NCBI GenBank assembly: GCA_965262915.1
Contig: OZ253564.1
Span: forward strand, 1,120,001-1,184,000
Direction of reading: 5' to 3'
DNA: 64,000 bases
Origin: Candidatus Spongiisociaceae bacterium
GTDB taxonomy: Bacteria > Actinomycetota > Acidimicrobiia > Spongiisociales > Spongiisociaceae
The stretch's first letter is position 1; every line of letters starts with the position of its first letter. Shown piece after piece: positions 60,021 to 64,000 of the stretch. The translations under genes and the position numbers were made by a program. The notes beneath the pieces are model-generated. The model searched no databases. It was not told the origin of the DNA and worked only from the letters and a program-made list of their open reading frames with translations.

Positions 60021-60807
60021 CTACCCCGACTCCGTTCCGCCTCGCATGGGCGGGAGCTCGTAGCCGTCCACGGGCTCGTAGGTGTTGCCTATGGGCCCCG
60101 GCACGATAACGAAGAACATGCACCCGTCGATCGAATGCATCGGGCCGTGCACGTCCTCCGGGGGGTGGGCCAGGTAGGCGCCCTTGGTCATCCTCCCGAA
60201 GGTGGTGTCGATGGTCCCTTCCAGGATGTAGACCTCCTCCGAGAAAGTATGCCACTCCGTATAGGGGCTGACCCACTGGGGCAGCAGCCCGTTGATCGAC
60301 GCACCCTGCTGGGCATCCGGGTCGTTGCGCAAGGCCTTCCGGGCGGCGCCTCCCGGAAAGTCATCGAAGCGCGGGGACTCCCAGGTGACCGCCAGGCTGT
60401 CTACCGGGGGCACTGCCCGCTCGGGGCGGAACATCGGGCCCGGTTCGTCGGAGGGATGCCAGTGCGGGGTTTCCGTGAACGATGCGAAGACCACGGATCC
60501 GGTGGAGGTACGTAGCGGCTCGCGCAGCTTGCCGGAAGGGTGGAAGGCATAGCAGTACGGGTGGCGGGTCTGGTCCCCCCACGTCATCTCGCCTTCCAGG
60601 TAGAAGATGTCCTCGTCCGAGGTGTTGTAGCCGGTCTCTCGCCGCTCGAAGCCGGGCGGGAACTCGACAACCGCCGTTACGCCCCCTGTGTCGGGGTCAG
60701 GGCTGAGGGGCTTCATCCGGACAGGGATGTTCCCTCCGGGTAGGGCGGGCGAGTTCCACCCAGTCGATATCGTCGACGTGGATGATGTCGATGTGGGGAC
60801 GGGTCAC
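60021..60807 (-). CDS. Double-cupin protein (DUF4437/ChrR-like), apparent frameshift near 60760
   Basis: VTRPHIDIIHVDDIDW start in another frame parallels MRPHVELVHEQDLIW of 53364-54275; WHTFSEEVYILEG..HGP. Confidence 0.72.
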
Positions 60808-60831
60808 GCAGTCTTCTTCCGTAAGGCCAAG

Positions 60832-61680
60832 TCAGTTTCCCGTGATGACGTACCCGAGGACGCGGTCCACGTTCTTGGGCACCCATGCGTCGAAGCCCCG
60901 CCACGATCCGTAGCGGGGTCGTAGTTCCTCGGTCACCGTGCGGCACACTTCGTCCCGAAACCGCTCCGTCATAGCGATGCCGTCCTCGCCCGGCAAGGGG
61001 TTCTGGCCGCCACCGCGACGGAATGCTGCTTCGGTTCGCTCCACGAGTTCCTCGAAATAGGCAAGATACCCGGTCACCCATGCCGGATCTCCCGGCCCCC
61101 GATGCCCACCCATGACCGTGCGGTATTCGAGTCGGGATGCGGCACGCAAGCTCCTGATACTCCCCATGACGTCGGTGTCGGGCAACTCGCGGTAAGGGGC
61201 GACCCCTGGCTCTACGAGATCGACGAACAGGAGCATGGGGCCCGTGCCGGTGGGAAAGATGAAGGCCGAATTGGTTCGCGAGTGGTTCGGTCCGTAGTGG
61301 TGCAATTCGATCCGGTAGTCGCCGACGTCGAGTACCTCCTCATCCTGAAGATGACGTGTGGGCGCCGCGATGTCTTGGTCTCCCCGGTAGGTGAGCCATC
61401 TGCCAACGGAGTGATGAGCGATCACCTCCGCACCCGGCACGAGAGTCCGTGCGCCAGTTATGTGGTCGCGATGGTCGTGGCTGTAGAGGATCCACCTGAC
61501 CGGTTCGGAGGTCACCGACGCGATCGCCTCTCGATAGGAAGCAGCGGCTACCTCATCGATTGGATCGGTGGCGACCACCCCGGAACCCGTCTCGGCGAAG
61601 ACACTGGCGTAGAACCCCGGCCTCCAGCGGAACACATGCGTTCCCGCGCCCAGATCCTCGACAGCCCAGAGGTTGCCCAT
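60832..61680 (-). CDS. MBL-fold metallo-hydrolase
   Basis: YSHDHRDH, GPNHS, GGHRG; start uncertain, could extend to ~61745. Confidence 0.85.
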   Translation of the reverse strand: MGNLWAVEDLGAGTHVFRWRPGFYASVFAETGSGVVATDPIDEVAAASYREAIASVTSEPVRWILYSHDHRDHITGARTLVPGAEVIAHHSVGRWLTYRGDQDIAAPTRHLQDEEVLDVGDYRIELHHYGPNHSRTNSAFIFPTGTGPMLLFVDLVEPGVAPYRELPDTDVMGSIRSLRAASRLEYRTVMGGHRGPGDPAWVTGYLAYFEELVERTEAAFRRGGGQNPLPGEDGIAMTERFRDEVCRTVTEELRPRYGSWRGFDAWVPKNVDRVLGYVITGN

Positions 61681-61745
61681 CCGGGCATCCAGGAGACGCC
61701 GAACCTCGCCGGAGTAGGGCTGAAGGAGGAGGGGCCGTGTTCTGC

Positions 61746-63152
61746 TCAGGTATCGACGAGCCAGGCGAGCATCGCTGTGGGGATGGCCATCATGTCCGTA
61801 GACTCGAGGTCCAAGACCGTGCGCGTGGCTATGATCCCCCGCCACTTTGAAGCCTGTATCGTCCGCGTCCGGGTACGCCACCTGCTGTCCACATATTTGG
61901 ACTCGATTGCCATATCTCCGAGATCGGGCCCGACGAAGTCGATCTCGGTCCTGGAAGGCGTCCGGTGATACAGGATTCTGTCGAAGTCGAGATAGCTTCC
62001 GGGGTCGCGGGCTTCGATGCTCCTTAGTAGGGCCAAGCCGAGTTGCTGTTCGGAGAGAACGGAGAATTCAGGTGCCGGACCGGGTACCAGGCGGGTATAG
62101 ACCGGATCCGTGAAGTACAGTTTCCTCTGCGAGCGAGGTTGCGGACGAAGTCGGTTCTCCCGATGGCATGGCCACAGCACGAACGCCGCGCAGAGATCAT
62201 CGATTCGGCTTCTCAGGGTGGGTGGAGAGACCCCGAGATCACCGGCAGTCGACGACTGGTTGGTGTGTGACGACAAGCCCTTCGTCATCCTGCGCAGGAA
62301 GGCGGCGGTTTCCGTCCGCGACCATGACGCCCGTCTGAGAGCGTCACGGTCGACGATCTCGAACAGTTCGTGTTGGAATCCCTCATCCACGTCTCGGGAT
62401 ATCAGGTAGGCGGTCACTGCCCGGTGGAACCCGCCTACCCATAGGTAGGTGTCCCAGGCATCGACGAGAACATCCAACCATGGTGCGAGTGTGTAGGCGG
62501 CCTCTTTCAGCCGTGGGGGGTCGAGGCCACCAACCTTCAGCCTGAGGTTGGTGGTGGGCACCTCTGCGCTCCGCGCCAGTTTCACGAATGCTCGGAACCC
62601 CAAGGGGAGCAAGATCCGATCGGCGTCCGTGATTCGTCCTCTGCGACCGGCCAGGATCCCGATGGATTCGGAAAGGTCGGAAGAGGACGAGCCGGTCAGA
62701 ACGACCGTGTCGTCGTGGAACAGTGGGTCGTTGTCGCGGAGCCACTTTATCTTGTGGGGCCATCCGTCCATGATGGAGGTGATCTCGTCGATGAACCAGT
62801 AGCGGCGATCGTTGTCGGGCAGCAGAGACCGGGCGGCACGGACGAGTCTGACCAGATCATCCGCTGCCCATCCGTCCACCGACATGTGGACGATGCGACG
62901 CGGGTCGACTCCCGCGGCGATCAGGGCTTCGATCGCTTGCTTGACCTCTACGGACTTGCCGACCCGCCGCGGTCCTCGGAGGACATAGAGCCCGCCGGGC
63001 GTGAGGTTCGAGACAGCGCCCGACGTGTAGTCGTAGGGTGCTTCGCGTACCGCGCGGAGCTCATGATCCCGAAGGGCCCACCCCTGAGGATCGCGCCACC
63101 AACGGTTACCGTCGGATAGTGTCTGCTGTATCAATCCGGGCTTCAGCGCCAC
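61746..63152 (-). CDS. AAA_14 ATPase (DUF4143-type)
   Basis: GPRRVGKS, FIDEIT, LTGSSS, AGRRG, KLYFTDP, EIDFV..IESKY. Confidence 0.88.
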   Translation of the reverse strand: MALKPGLIQQTLSDGNRWWRDPQGWALRDHELRAVREAPYDYTSGAVSNLTPGGLYVLRGPRRVGKSVEVKQAIEALIAAGVDPRRIVHMSVDGWAADDLVRLVRAARSLLPDNDRRYWFIDEITSIMDGWPHKIKWLRDNDPLFHDDTVVLTGSSSSDLSESIGILAGRRGRITDADRILLPLGFRAFVKLARSAEVPTTNLRLKVGGLDPPRLKEAAYTLAPWLDVLVDAWDTYLWVGGFHRAVTAYLISRDVDEGFQHELFEIVDRDALRRASWSRTETAAFLRRMTKGLSSHTNQSSTAGDLGVSPPTLRSRIDDLCAAFVLWPCHRENRLRPQPRSQRKLYFTDPVYTRLVPGPAPEFSVLSEQQLGLALLRSIEARDPGSYLDFDRILYHRTPSRTEIDFVGPDLGDMAIESKYVDSRWRTRTRTIQASKWRGIIATRTVLDLESTDMMAIPTAMLAWLVDT

Positions 63153-63357
63153 AGTTGCCTCCGACGGCGTAGTCTACGATTCTGAAAGTATAACTTTCGA
63201 TCTTGGGTACATTCCTGAAAATCATGTTTTCAATACGGTAGCTTTTCTGTACGATGGCTACTTCACGTCGATGTAGTTCACGTTCCAAGGCTAGATCCGT
63301 GTGGCGTCCGACAGCTGTCCGAGGGGTAAGCTGACCTGGAAAGGCCTTGGAGTCAGG

Positions 63358-64000
63358 ATGACGATTCGCCGTGGCATCGTGGATACACCGTACGGGCAGG
63401 TTCACGCCAGGGCCGTCGGCGGGGAGGGACGTCCCATGTTGCTGCTCCACCAGTCGCCACGAAGCGGCCTCATGTACGAGCCGCTGATGGAACATATAGC
63501 CCGCCCGACCATGGCGCTGGACCGGCTCGGCTACGGGTTCTCCGATCCCGGACCCGACGACCCGACCATCGAGACCTATGCCGAATCGACGATGGCGGTC
63601 GTGGATGACGCCGGGTGGGATAGCTTCGACGTTCTTGGGATCCACACCGGCTCGATGGAGGCGGTCTCTATCGGGATCGGGTGGCCGGACCGGGTCAACC
63701 GCGTGGGCATCGTGGCAGTTCCCGTGCTCAACCCGGAGGAGGCGGCGGAGATCGCCTCCCTCTATGCCGAGCCCCGCGCCCGCCCTCTGGAGGACGGATC
63801 CCACCTGCTCGAATACTGGCGAGCGAGACTGGTGTGGCGGGATCCACCCTACGATCTTCAGCACCTGCAGACCCTCACCGTGGAGGAGTTGCTCGTGGGC
63901 GACCGGGCCCATATCGCATACAGGGCGGTGGTCAACTGGCCCATATCGCAGAAGCTGGCCGAGTTGGCTGTGCCGCTGGTGGTCTTCGCTCCGCATGATG
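63358..64000 (+). CDS. Alpha/beta hydrolase (partial, runs off window)
   Basis: GQVHAR, LLLHQSP, ALDRLGYGFSD, GIHTGS; open to the window end. Confidence 0.85.
   Translation, partial: MTIRRGIVDTPYGQVHARAVGGEGRPMLLLHQSPRSGLMYEPLMEHIARPTMALDRLGYGFSDPGPDDPTIETYAESTMAVVDDAGWDSFDVLGIHTGSMEAVSIGIGWPDRVNRVGIVAVPVLNPEEAAEIASLYAEPRARPLEDGSHLLEYWRARLVWRDPPYDLQHLQTLTVEELLVGDRAHIAYRAVVNWPISQKLAELAVPLVVFAPHD

Noticed and set aside
37888-60807. Programmed frameshifting in dddP and the second cupin
   Set aside because: No slippery heptamer is evident at either site; mutation or sequencing error is simpler.
63106-63996. 296-aa minus-strand ORF
   Set aside because: Antisense shadow of the plus-strand alpha/beta hydrolase starting at 63358.

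Overview
High-GC accessory region, probably from an actinobacterium of the Acidimicrobiia type and possibly marine or host-associated. That is inferred from a DddP-like gene, PhyH/LLM enzymes and Ala-rich solute-binding lipoproteins. No rRNA, tRNA or CRISPR array was seen. (1) 2.2-30.6 kb: seven co-oriented, degenerate, non-identical fragments of the 3' part of one hydantoinase B/oxoprolinase gene alternate with unrelated cargo (Fic, PhyH, double-CAP lipoprotein, DprA, AAA-DUF4143, a nucleoside/sugar-amine catabolic cluster, a novel TA-like pair, RloAB, a fused nucleotidyltransferase). This resembles an integrase-free gene-capture array. (2) rloB is split by ISL3 (8-bp TSD CCCAAACT). An intact IS110 sits in an ISL3 terminal repeat, and its non-coding end carries bridge-RNA-like guides matching both that target and its own ends. 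(3) 42.4-51.1 kb: a complete toluene-monooxygenase-like soluble di-iron monooxygenase operon with unusual partners (DJ-1/PfpI, two SnoaL/NTF2 proteins, a ribosomal uL22 paralogue, DUF59, ABM, SDR). The rest holds NicX-like and DddP-like enzymes, an ECF sigma module, an antiporter, ABC components and a decaying catabolic cluster. All family calls come from motif recognition by eye, not database searches. Some frameshifts may be sequencing errors.
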